DNA from: a virus
Reading direction: 5' to 3' (one strand)
Virus record (IMG/VR): IMGVR_UViG_3300017743_000005
Coordinates: 2,804 to 66,803 of that record
Length of the DNA: 64,000 nucleotides
Below the pieces are notes generated by a model that ran no database searches, was not told the origin of the DNA, and saw nothing but the letters and a program-made list of their open reading frames with translations. Made by a program: the position numbers and the translations under genes. The first letter of the stretch is position 1, and the number at the start of each line of letters is the position of its first letter. Of this stretch, positions 38,901-49,500 are shown piece after piece.

Positions 38901-40387
38901 AAATAAGAAATGGGTTCGTCTCGTTCCGAAATTACATTTTCTATTTTCCAACGACTTATGCTTTTGTTTACACTTGCAAGTTGATCTTCATCAGTTGGAT
39001 ATGTTCCTGTGTGTGTATTACTCTCTTCATTAAATGAATATTCGTCATAAACATTTGATACTCTTACCCACGGATGGTTTTCAGTTCTATTGCTTTTTTT
39101 AAAAATATACACAGCACCAAAATTGTTATCATGTGCAGGTGATCCCACTAAAAGGTAGTCTTGGAACAAAGAAACCGATGCGCCAAATTCTGAACCAGGT
39201 TCACCCTCAAGTATATTTATCAAACCCCAATTGTCTACACCACCTTTTTCTTTATCATATACAAAAACGTGACCATGTGCGTGTATTTCATTTTGACCAC
39301 GTATATGGGAATGTGACGAACCAATTACACAAGTTTGTCTGTCTATATCAACAGAACATCCGAATTTATCATTTATTGTATAATTATCGTGTATAAGTAA
39401 GTTACCAAGTTGGTCTGTGAGTAAATCACACGAATCTCCACTAACTTCCTGAGAAACTCCATTTTGAGTAAATGGACAATAAAATTCTTTTAATATACTA
39501 AAACCACTTGGTCTATTATATGCAACATTCTCGTTTGAATACAACAATAGTTCTGCTTTACCGGTTTTTATGTCAGATGGAACATCCTCTGATACAGGAC
39601 ACCCCACGATTAAATATTTTTGAAATGATGAAGTTTCTTTTCCGAAACTTAAATTATTAAAATCAAAATTACCATCAGAACTTGTTTCTCTTGATATTTC
39701 CCGTGAGTTTGATGAAATTCCATATGAATCTCCAGAACTCAATGATGAGTCACTTATTATTAAATTAGTTGACCCATCGTCTATTATTTTTATAGAACCT
39801 AGATCAGAACTTTTATCTTTAATGATCAGTGTATTCGGTGAAACCTTGTCACCCATTTTATTTTTTGAAAAGTCGATCACCCACGCAGTATCGCCTAGTT
39901 TTCGTATTTCCTGTTTTAAATTTTGTTGTGAGTTTACCGAATCAAACTCAGATGGTTGCTTTCCGAAATACCCTGTCTCAGAACCAAACACCATCAATGG
40001 GTTTGTGGTATTATCTGAATCCTCTGATATACCGTAACTATTGTAGAATAAGTGATTAATAGAATCATATACAGTTCTACAATATGTTCCGTCTTTGTTG
40101 ATGAGTTCGGTTTCTCGGTCAAAGTTGGGGTGGTTTTTTGGAAAGAAAGTTCCTTTGATTTTTTTTGCAAATCGTATTTGAACATTTGGGGTTGTCTCCG
40201 ACTGCTCAAGTGATATTCTGTTATTTATATCTGAAAATAAAGGAACCTGTTCACGTTTAGTATTGTCTGTATATATTTCCTGTTCAAGAACCAACTCATT
40301 GGTTGACTCCATAGAAGAGTATGACCACTTTCGTTTCGCACGAAACTTCCTCACATTCTTATCGGAAAGTTTTATATTTTTTATCAT
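35933..40387 (-). CDS. Baseplate/tail adhesin with FG-GAP beta-propeller, two LysM and dockerin-like Ca-binding repeats
   Basis: FG.SV...LLVGSP...GAVYIF repeats; LysM patterns ETLQTIARQYEV and LRRENNL...LYVGQVLTIP; DVNEDSLFDIKD and DIDGDGVVSSID; C-terminal YATTIGLY..AKLGRP. Confidence 0.75.
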   Translation of the reverse strand: MIKNIKLSDKNVRKFRAKRKWSYSSMESTNELVLEQEIYTDNTKREQVPLFSDINNRISLEQSETTPNVQIRFAKKIKGTFFPKNHPNFDRETELINKDGTYCRTVYDSINHLFYNSYGISEDSDNTTNPLMVFGSETGYFGKQPSEFDSVNSQQNLKQEIRKLGDTAWVIDFSKNKMGDKVSPNTLIIKDKSSDLGSIKIIDDGSTNLIISDSSLSSGDSYGISSNSREISRETSSDGNFDFNNLSFGKETSSFQKYLIVGCPVSEDVPSDIKTGKAELLLYSNENVAYNRPSGFSILKEFYCPFTQNGVSQEVSGDSCDLLTDQLGNLLIHDNYTINDKFGCSVDIDRQTCVIGSSHSHIRGQNEIHAHGHVFVYDKEKGGVDNWGLINILEGEPGSEFGASVSLFQDYLLVGSPAHDNNFGAVYIFKKSNRTENHPWVRVSNVYDEYSFNEESNTHTGTYPTDEDQLASVNKSISRWKIENVISERDEPISYFDNSTLDITTFGGKVIATQGEYQNTPDFAIGDPTYDLVGVITIKSDEFKSFNRFGESVKMTESNIFVGSHTNNLCAVISWEMINDEFSYTHEQTISVDGISEYNLEDIVQSPNFDTTFSVDYQAETVSFTITDPRFDNEGDEQDITDGFIYRLNSPLNKNLDGVVSHGGTFVNSVSAFGGKIYTHTLSFNELNQGVSKIYVGLESGGLLYGKESVISVSTGTTLYTLESRANQVKTLYEYDFSVSGNFMCSFDATESHLIIGNTNDRKYNQRNDSSIYTGGAVYIYKIDNKKASFIDKIYGEVDDELLYNSKFGNDVSVLGSSFIVGSPCEDASSIEINSEQQSVSISDYIQGYDYSGSDFYITNTSIKTNFTYELLGDDTPMDCKIRINITNLVMELEFLKDYEIYANFIDTSLNGYSPQTGFVNSGVYRDKTEIVYEGDVMFVDFYIAVDQDNVDSLVVSNTNDIQEINFVYYAKKNSIEGVLYYYTLFNDQPQIRNSIKTHKKSYSIRKQSCTSVALSSDFIFCGCPVEGKFPVSGLFTMQEDEIYLFNEVGTVATSFGNFSINELDYMNYNIGGKVIAYESTSIRDNKKTYVGNVFYKNGVAVISDVFEQFGELFSGTGDRGFEVEFEGSHTIYENEILCRVEPYEFNVSTNPTSLSYDKIEFDVNEDSLFDIKDVANIYKYIMGSLVDPTKTDTSIEKYVVSRETLQTIARQYEVGVTNITDISGNQVTEQTFKVGMLVLINNRIKHIVKRVESMVHISLVTGVTTEVLRRENNLRSDLSLYVGQVLTIPSGGDTVGAIKLQEGQNINTPNDDIIMTESEDVLLITSLFAGTSSVEMRESEYQKIINNLDYLKSLGSDGLDIDGDGVVSSIDAHLLARYFVGRRGTELTKNLINENSKATRSTSFEIIKYLDEKTGKNYGRKINQDFVDFRENASKDRKGSYLAPYATTIGLYQGAELAMVAKLGRPVKIIPNYPINFLIKYDT

Positions 40388-40411
40388 AAATATAACACTT
40401 ACAACAAATTA

Positions 40412-41842
40412 TTAAAAATCCAACTTTACTTTAATTAGTGTTTCTGAATCAAAACTTTTTAAAACCGGTGAACTTACCTTGGCAACTGCAACTAGTTCAT
40501 TGTTTTCTGTGTACAAACCTATAGTTGTTATATATGTACGTGGGTCAGATATAAAGTCCTCGTGCCTAACTCTTCCATACCAATAATCTTTTGATATACC
40601 AGTTTCTACATTTTTTTGCCTTGCTTCATCTGACTGATAAACATAGGTGGGATTATTACTATAATTAAAATCTGTATTTCTTATACGAATAAAGTAATGT
40701 TTGGATGGGATGTTTTCCGTACTGCGACACTTTATATTTCTACCATCCTGAAGTGCGTAAAATAATTTCATGAAGTTTTGGTGATTTCTCTCTGTACCAT
40801 ATCTGAAACTACTATCCGATCCTTCTGCGTTTTCTACATCACCACACCAAGCAAAAAATGTACCCGTGTTGAAACTATTATCACGTGTTGAGTATTCAGG
40901 AATTGCGTTAAGTTCTGACCTGAAGAAGTTGCCTGCGTCCGATGCAACTGCATATGGATTTATAATTACAATCCCAAGGTCTGGATAGAATAAACCGAAA
41001 CCTTCACCGTCACCATCCAATCCACCTCCATCAGAATAATAGTCTTCTGTTTGTGGTGAAACATCGGTTAATGATCCTTTTATTATATTAAAAACTTTAC
41101 CTATTCTTGATTGGCCTGCTTCGATTTGTGTATCGTTTTGATAACGACTATCGTCACGAAAAGTTTGCTCGTATATAAATTCTTTTAGTTCATTGGTTTC
41201 AGGATCTACATATGGATGCTTTAGTTTTAATGTAAACTCAAGATTTCCTTCATCGAGTTTTTCTCTTATTCGGTTTGCAGAGAAATTTAGTATATAAATT
41301 GACTCTCTATCTGCAACTTCGTTACCTATCTTCGGAAATGTAAAAAAGGAGTCACCTGGTCCAAGTAAAATGTTTTTATACTGATTATATATAGCTTTAG
41401 TGACCGATGCCGAACGTTCTCCGACACGTGATCCGTATCCATTTTTGTCACCATACGAAACGCTAAATTGAGTTTCTGAATTTTCTTCTTCAACAGGTAG
41501 ATTATACACATTGGCATAATAGTCACCAGATTTAACATCTGTCCAATTATCTGAGTGAAATAATGTAGTTTCTGCTATGTTTACATTTTGAGAATAGTTT
41601 TCGTTATATAGAGGTGGTTCGTTTTCTGTTATGAAACTTGGTTTCGTAATATCATATTGTCCGTTTAAATCAGAATCTTGATTTGTTAGATAATAAGACA
41701 TAGGTGTGTCGAGGTCTCCTCCAGACGAATTGTCAACGAACATATCCACCAACTGAAAGTCATCATTTGAAAATGCTCCAGATGAAATTTTTAAAGTTCG
41801 TCCTGTTACTTTATCAGTATCTTCTAATTGTTTGTATATCAT
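40412..41842 (-). CDS. Baseplate/tail structural protein (paralogous C-terminal domain to the 1484-aa protein)
   Basis: FNYSNNPT...YITTIGLYTENNELVAVAKVSSP. Confidence 0.65.
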   Translation of the reverse strand: MIYKQLEDTDKVTGRTLKISSGAFSNDDFQLVDMFVDNSSGGDLDTPMSYYLTNQDSDLNGQYDITKPSFITENEPPLYNENYSQNVNIAETTLFHSDNWTDVKSGDYYANVYNLPVEEENSETQFSVSYGDKNGYGSRVGERSASVTKAIYNQYKNILLGPGDSFFTFPKIGNEVADRESIYILNFSANRIREKLDEGNLEFTLKLKHPYVDPETNELKEFIYEQTFRDDSRYQNDTQIEAGQSRIGKVFNIIKGSLTDVSPQTEDYYSDGGGLDGDGEGFGLFYPDLGIVIINPYAVASDAGNFFRSELNAIPEYSTRDNSFNTGTFFAWCGDVENAEGSDSSFRYGTERNHQNFMKLFYALQDGRNIKCRSTENIPSKHYFIRIRNTDFNYSNNPTYVYQSDEARQKNVETGISKDYWYGRVRHEDFISDPRTYITTIGLYTENNELVAVAKVSSPVLKSFDSETLIKVKLDF

Positions 41843-41843
41843 C

Positions 41844-42509
41844 TTAGTAGTTAATTGCGTTTATTAATTCAGTTTCAGACTGAGCCTCTGTAAATACACG
41901 AACCGGGATAGTTATTGACCCACCTGTTTCATTTCCTATAATAGTGAGTGTAGTAACCACACTTCTTGTAAGTGATGCGTTGGGTCTAAATGTGAACGAT
42001 AAACCAACGGCAGTTGTTGATTGTTCACTTGACGTATCACCTATGAACAAGGATGTTGTTTGAGATACCGAAGCATCTACTCCAGAACCCTCTAGGGTTC
42101 CTGCATCACTATTTGATAATACGGCCGTGTAACCAAGAGTTGTGTTATACACAGGATCAGTTGTTGGTGTAATGGAAATGTATCCCTGGTAATCCGTATC
42201 AAGTGTTATACTTTGTTGTCCGAGTTTTATCTTCGGGACCATTTGAGTTCCTGATGGTAATGTGACAAGTTTGTATTTAAGTGCCTGCGTTTCGTCTGTA
42301 AGTGGTTCAAAGACTGGCATTGTTCGTAAAGCCGCATCGTAATATTGTGAACCCTCGGGATGCGTTGTATCGTATAGTGTATAATCTATCTCATCATCTG
42401 CAAGTGCAAAACTTGTAATATTTAATCCGTTTTCAGAAGCCAGTAGTTCTCTTCCACGTTTTGTAAGCACAGCTTCAACTGTAATTGTTTCGTTATTTAG
42501 GTATCCCAT
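41844..42509 (-). CDS. Baseplate / fibre-attachment structural protein
   Basis: MGYLNNETITVEAVLTKRGRELLA...ITSFALADDEIDY, similar to tail fibre N-terminal LTxxG motifs. Confidence 0.6.
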   Translation of the reverse strand: MGYLNNETITVEAVLTKRGRELLASENGLNITSFALADDEIDYTLYDTTHPEGSQYYDAALRTMPVFEPLTDETQALKYKLVTLPSGTQMVPKIKLGQQSITLDTDYQGYISITPTTDPVYNTTLGYTAVLSNSDAGTLEGSGVDASVSQTTSLFIGDTSSEQSTTAVGLSFTFRPNASLTRSVVTTLTIIGNETGGSITIPVRVFTEAQSETELINAINY

Positions 42510-42555
42510 GACTAATATATATATTTTACACTATAAATATTTATATACAATATTT

Positions 42556-43509
42556 TTATGTACTTATTATTCTTCCTTTAATTTTTCTGAATTTTCCGTT
42601 AGCTATTTTTCTCACACCAACATTACTCCCACCTTCAATTTTAAACTTTTGCATTTCTTGTTGCTCTGTGTTTTGCATATCAAAAGCTTCTTTTTCGGTA
42701 AAGCCCATATTAATTTTATCAAGTGTATAGTCTGCGTAGTTTTTAAAAGCACTAACAAATTCATCAGGTTGACGATAATAATAATCTAACCCACCATTGT
42801 ATCGTAGATATTCATCGTTTGTTATTGGTTGTCGTTGTGATTCTTCAAGATAAACACTCGTTTGCTCAGTCCGACCTTCATGGTAGAAGTAAGATACTTC
42901 AGATGTCACACGTTCTCCAACTGAAACATTTCCATAATCTAAAGTATCTGAGTAAAACATTACATTGTCAATCATTCCACAAAATCTACCAATCTCTATG
43001 TTGTCAAAATTTACAAATGGACGAGTAAATCCAATATCATGCGAACCAGAATAAACATTGTCAACAAACAATCTCGAAATTCCACTTGGATAAAAATTTA
43101 CCACCACACAATGCCACGTTTCTTTATTTAATTTTACAAAAAAACTATAATCTTCACCTGATTCAGACGTGTTCCAGTTTGTTCCAATTTCCAATGATTG
43201 TTCATTTGCGTTTATTACAACTCCACTTAAATTATCATCAGTAATTGATCTATTTAAAACTATTCCTGATGATGGTGAACTTGTTTGTTCTAAATATACC
43301 CAAAAAGCAATACACACAGAGTTTGTATAAATTGTATTTGATTTTATTACTTTTATATATTCGTTTGTGTTACTTTCATCCTCACTTGTGTTATTTTTTA
43401 AACGGACAATATTTCTATACTCACGATCTTGTCCACCTGTTAGTAAATCTGCTCCGTATAAAACTCCGTAAGCATCCGTATCACTTGAATTTATTATTTT
43501 TGTTGCCAT
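42556..43509 (-). CDS. LamG / concanavalin A-like domain protein
   Basis: IAFWVY, WHCVVV, LFVDN and FCGMIDNVMFY. Confidence 0.75.
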   Translation of the reverse strand: MATKIINSSDTDAYGVLYGADLLTGGQDREYRNIVRLKNNTSEDESNTNEYIKVIKSNTIYTNSVCIAFWVYLEQTSSPSSGIVLNRSITDDNLSGVVINANEQSLEIGTNWNTSESGEDYSFFVKLNKETWHCVVVNFYPSGISRLFVDNVYSGSHDIGFTRPFVNFDNIEIGRFCGMIDNVMFYSDTLDYGNVSVGERVTSEVSYFYHEGRTEQTSVYLEESQRQPITNDEYLRYNGGLDYYYRQPDEFVSAFKNYADYTLDKINMGFTEKEAFDMQNTEQQEMQKFKIEGGSNVGVRKIANGKFRKIKGRIIST

Positions 43510-43511
43510 TT

Positions 43512-46500
43512 TTATGTATTGTCTGGATTATTTATAATATCTAACACACACCCACTTTTACTGTATGGTGGAAGTCTAGTCTCATAGCAGGTTCCGTTTT
43601 CATGCAAAAATCTTATAACTTCAAAATCCGAACTCCATTCGTTTGTATTCCCGTAGTAAGTAATTGACAAACCACCTTTGCTAAAATCTTCCAATTCAAA
43701 CGGACATGAGTAAGACACATGAACACCCCCAGTACCACCTGGTAAGTTGTGGCAAACTTCACCATTTTCAGATGAAATTATTCTTAATTTATCGGATTGT
43801 ACACTTTCTTCCTTGGTTACGAGTTGTGTCTGTGAATAATTCTCACAACACTCGGTCACCGGAGTTGGTGTAAATTCAGTAACCGGAGTTAACGTGGGTG
43901 TAGGGGTAAGTGTGGGGGTTGGTGTTTGAGTGGGGGTTGAGGTTGGTGTTGGGGTTTGTGTGGGTGTTTGTGTGGGTGTTTGCGTGGGTGTGGGTGTTTC
44001 TGTGGGTGTGGGTGTTTCTGTGGGTGTGGGTGTTTCTGTGGAAGTTGGTGTTTCTGTGGGAGTTGGTGTTTCTGTGTCAGTTGGAGTTGAGGTGGGGGTT
44101 TCTGTGGGAGTTGGTGTTTCAAATGTAAATGGAGTTGATGTGTCAGTTGGGGTTGAGGTTGGTGTTGGTGTTGGTGTTAACTCTATTACATCAGTTTCCT
44201 CAAACTTAAAATAAAATTCAGGTTTCTTATCAAGAGAAGACATAGATGGATACACATTCATCTCATTTTCATTTGTGTAAACAACATTCTCAGTTGGAGT
44301 ATCGTCTATAAACCAAAACGAATCCATGCTTTCACCTTTGTTGGTTGTGTTTGGTCTTGTTCTCACTACACACGGTTTATAGTTAACATTACCATTGGAA
44401 TCAACCGTTGTCCTTGGGGAATTTGTGGATATTTTTGAAAATTTAGACTTTCTATTATTATCTCGTATTTTTGGTTTTCCAGATACAATAAATTCACCAC
44501 GATTTCCAATGTCTACTAAATTATATTTTTTAAAATCTGTGATGATTGAGTGTATTACATTATTGGTTGTTGCATGAGAACTCAGATCATAATTTTCGTT
44601 AAAATCTTCAATTACAAACTTTTCATTTATAGGCAGAGTATATGTGGATTCATTATCATAATCATCATCTCGTCTAACACCAAATTCAAATTTTATACTA
44701 TATTCTACTTCATTGATATATCGTGGAATGTGTATTTTAGAATTATGTGTGGTAATTGTATCAGAGATTTCCCATGTTTTTTTATCATAATTTATATTTC
44801 TCCAGTTAACCGATTTATTTATGTTATTAATTCTATTACTAACAGATATAGTAAGTGGTGGTACGAAGTTATCACCACGATTAAAATTATCGTTAAAGTT
44901 AAATTCGTAGTTTAAAAGGTTTCTAATATCAGATGAAAACAATTCAGTCGTATGAGAAGATGATAATGGACATATTATTGTTTTCTTATTTTCATATGTA
45001 TTTTTAATGTAAACTAAATCGGCAAGTTTTGTTCTATGAATTGTGTTTGATCCCGTGTCTGTGAATGTTTCAAGTAGGAAGTCCTCTCCAAGAAAATAAT
45101 TCTCATCATATGACCAAAACACATCAAGTGAACTCATGTCTATATTTTTAATTAGATTCTTAATTTGCTCTTCGTTTTCTTCATTTGTGTCTAAATTAGT
45201 TAATATTGTTTCTGTAAAATACTCACTCCGTTGATCTACGAGTGGGTGGGGTTTTATGTGGTTTTGTATATATCCAGTTGGTTCTCCATACAAATCTCGT
45301 TTGATATTATACCTATAGATGGCAACAGGCAAATATGGTCTTTTATATGATGTATATGGTAAAACTTGGGTATTTGTTGTATGTACACTGTATATGGGTT
45401 GTCGTTCACCTACACATCCATCACACACATTGTCTACAATATATCCAAATTGTATAGTCTCACTTTCTGAATTTCTAATACTTGAGTTTTCCCACGCAAA
45501 GGAGTTTGGTTTTGATTCATCAAAATTGTCAGTATTTGAGTTGGTATTTGAGTACCCAATTCTCATATTTAACAGACGGTTTTCACAATTTGAAGATGAG
45601 TTTTCCATTAACACGAAATAACTATCCTCAATTTGTGGGTCACCGTTTACAACTTTCCATGAAATTGTTATATTGTCGTAGTATATATACCAATCATTTA
45701 CATTCTTGTATACAGGATATTCATTTAAAAGGTTGCTAGTTTTTGCATAAAATCCACCAATTCCATCGTACCTACCTCTTATGTTTTTATTTGAAATTGT
45801 TATATAAGGTAATATCTTTTCTTCATTCAACTTACGATTTGTTAAAATACAAAAAACACTTGTTTTATTGTCGTAATACTCTCCATATGCAGGTAAAACT
45901 AAATTCAGAGATCTAACTGACACAACCCATGCAAGGTTCTTATTACTTATTTTCTGAAACGATTTAAATAATCGTTTGTTTGGTATCAAAACGAATGAAT
46001 CACCAGTTGCTATGTAATTTGTTTTCGATGCAATGTTTATATCCTGCCCTTCTTGGTACAAATCCCTAATGTGTATTACATCTGACTCATAAACAGATTC
46101 ATTTTTAGGGGAATAATTAACTATACCTTTTTGAAAATCAAACTCATTATTACTCTCATTTATCGAAGAATCAAAAATATCAGTTATGTTACTTGAATTG
46201 TTTCGTATCCACATTTTGTTTCTTGTTCTACCTGCATTACTAATAACCCACTGCCACCCATCTTTGTATATTATCCAGTCACCAACTGGTTTTTGAGTAT
46301 AATATAATTCGTTATTTATTGTTTTCTTTTCATATTGCCCATTTGCACTCACCACTTCACCTGAAAACCCACTAACCTCTATATCACCATCTGCATTAAA
46401 TACATTTGTATTTTTTGGAAAAAAGAAACCCCCTCCACCACCGTTAGTTGTACTAAATTTAGTGGGAAATTCAGATTCACTCACTTCATCGTAAATAAAA

Positions 46501-49500
46501 ACAACATCCTCTGATTTAAAAAACTCAGATTCTGTTCCTGTGAAGGTCAACGGGTCTTTATTTATTAACACCCATTTATTAAATAGAGTGCTGTAAAATA
46601 TATACCAGTGTGTATTTTTAGAATTAGTATAAACCTGGTGGTTGTTAACCTCTTCGTACCCACGCAAATATGTTCCATTTGCCGAAAACATAATTCCATG
46701 AAACGAGTTTATGTTAAAACCAGAGTATTCTCGTTCATTTAATATAACAAAGAAGTTTTCTACACTTCGTTGGGTGTATGTATAACTATCATTATTTAAT
46801 TCCTTTAATTCTATCTTATAGTTAGTATACTCATCATTCATGTTTATCATAAGATTACTATCAAGTACATCTTCTGAATAAATTGCTAACTTTTCACTCA
46901 TCTGACTCTCTGATCCTAGATATTCTTTTATTATTCCCATATCATAGAACAAAGAATGTTTGCCACGAATCGCAAAATATACAAATTGATTTGATTTAGA
47001 CGAAGTTGCTTTTATTATTTCTAAAAAATCACTTTCATTGTTTTGTTTGAATAATAATTTATCAGACTCAACATCCATCTTAGTTTTCTTCCAGTGTGAG
47101 TTACAATTTGATAGAAAATCTTCACTTTTTCCGGATTCAATTGAACTTCGTATTTCGTCAAGATAGCAGATAAAGTAAAACTTATTCTCATGCACCGTTC
47201 CAGCATCTACATAAGAATTTGTGGTAAATTCAAAATAACAAACATTTAAATTATCTAATGAAGTTAGATTATTCATAGCATCACTTATTGCCAACTCATT
47301 TAATATTAAATTTTCGGTCGGTGGTGATGTGTTAAGTAAATCTAAAAGTTCACCTCCTTCAATTCCAACTGAAATTGGTAGATTAGTAGGAAGAATATAA
47401 TCGTTCATACTATTTTTAGACAATGGAACAAACCCACTTCCGTATTCAACCTTTTCACTTGTTAATTTGTTTTGTGTGTTTTGTATATTAAATTTATATA
47501 ATCTATTCGATGATAGGGTGTTCACAAAAGCATTATCAACCACAACCGAGTGGTCGGTTAGTGTTCCTAGTTTAGTCAAATTAATTTTTATATCTACCAC
47601 ATCCACACTTGGAATTGTAGTATCAACCTCTTCAAGTTGACCTACCTTGTATATCATGTGAATTTCATTTTTTATATTAATTGCTTTGGAATCAAGCAAC
47701 AATTGCTCAGAACACGCAAGTAGTCTTATGTCCCGTATCGTGTTTGTTTTCAACTTTACAGTGCTTGTTATTTTATAGTCTAATAAAAACGGATTTTTTA
47801 TTTTGTCGTTTATTTTTATATCATACGAAGACTGATACATACCAGATGACCTTCGTATTCCATTTTCATAGTATATAATATAATTGTTTTTATCTATATA
47901 TGTTTCAAGTTGGTCTGTTTCGGTTATCTGTACATTTTCTGAGTTGTTATTTGGTATAGGAATGAAATCATAATAATAAAAATCAGAAAACCTACCCGTA
48001 TTATCAGTTTGTTGAAATGTAGAAGAAGGAACTAGGTTTGTGGTCCGATAACCTAGATTGTGGTCAACTACATCATTTATACTCAACTCACCTGTGGTAT
48101 TTACTCCATCTGATGCTACGTACGGGTAATTGCAGTCATAATATTGCTTCTCACCAAAAATCTTACCAAGAACTACTAGATTTGATATATATCCCGTAAA
48201 AATTCTGCCTAAAAAATTTCCATCTTGTATGTTTATATTAACGAAAGATCCGTCAAATACTTTTTGGTTATCTTGTGTATATTCATGGAAACTTCCATTG
48301 TCATTTAGGTCTATATATCTACCGTAGAAACTACCATAAACTCTACAATTTAAAGTTCCTCTTATATACCCACCACCTTGACGATTTATATCCCCAACTA
48401 AGGTGTTTATTTGAAATATTCTATCGTTTTTAATATTTGTTGTTACCAATGCCCCACCGTCACTATTTCTATAATATGAACTTATTGAAGATGAAACTTC
48501 CAAAGATTGTAGAGGTGTTTTCAAACATCCACCGTCAAACTCACTACACATATTAGAAAACATAACAGGTAAATCAATTGTTTTATCCGTATTAGTTGTA
48601 TCACGACTTTCTTTTATCCAGTATTCAGCCTGTTCAAATATATCAGGTTCACTATTATATTCAGGATCTTCGGTTATTAAAACCCAACAATTATATAACT
48701 TACTGAAAAATATAAACCATGTTTTGGATTTATTTTTAAATAGTGGGTTTTTGTTTATATTTTTACTTGAATAATATTCACCATTTGCCGAATAAAATCC
48801 TATGTAAAGATTGCCAACTTTTGTATTTTCTAAAAAACCAGATACACTCAATACAATAGAGTTAAATTCAAGGTTGTTACCTCCGATATTTTTATTTGAG
48901 TTATATAAGTGTAGTTTTTTTGAAATTTTTTCTACTTTATATTCACGACCATCTATTGTATATGTTCCATTGTCTACCATAGTACCAAATGCACGATTGT
49001 CAAGATTTGGGTCAGGTATTATATTTCCTGTATAATTGTCGTTTTGTGAGGTTCCTGTGATGCGATGTAACGAAAGTTGTGAGTGGAAACTTAATATATT
49101 TTTGTCACCCATATTAAACTTTACACGTGAATCTGCGTTTGCGAAATTTGCTATATTTTTTCTAAGTGAACTTCTTGATCTCAAACTTATATGTTTCAAC
49201 CTCTCAATTGTATTGTCGGTTTTTGTTCCATCTATTATCGTGGTTTCGATTACGTTTTTTACACGTGGAGACTTTATTTTGTGTCGTTCAAGCATACTTG
49301 GTTCTATTAAAAGTCCTGCTATTAAACGAGTTCTTGCCGGTACGAGTTTTTCTATATTCTCGAAAAAAGAAGCATCCACATATGTTTTTAAAATATTAAG
49401 ATACGATTGCCAGTCAACTTTTCCAAAACCTTCTTTGTAAAATATTTTTTTAAATTCGTTAAATTTTTTATATTCCGACCTATACATATCTTGGGGATCA

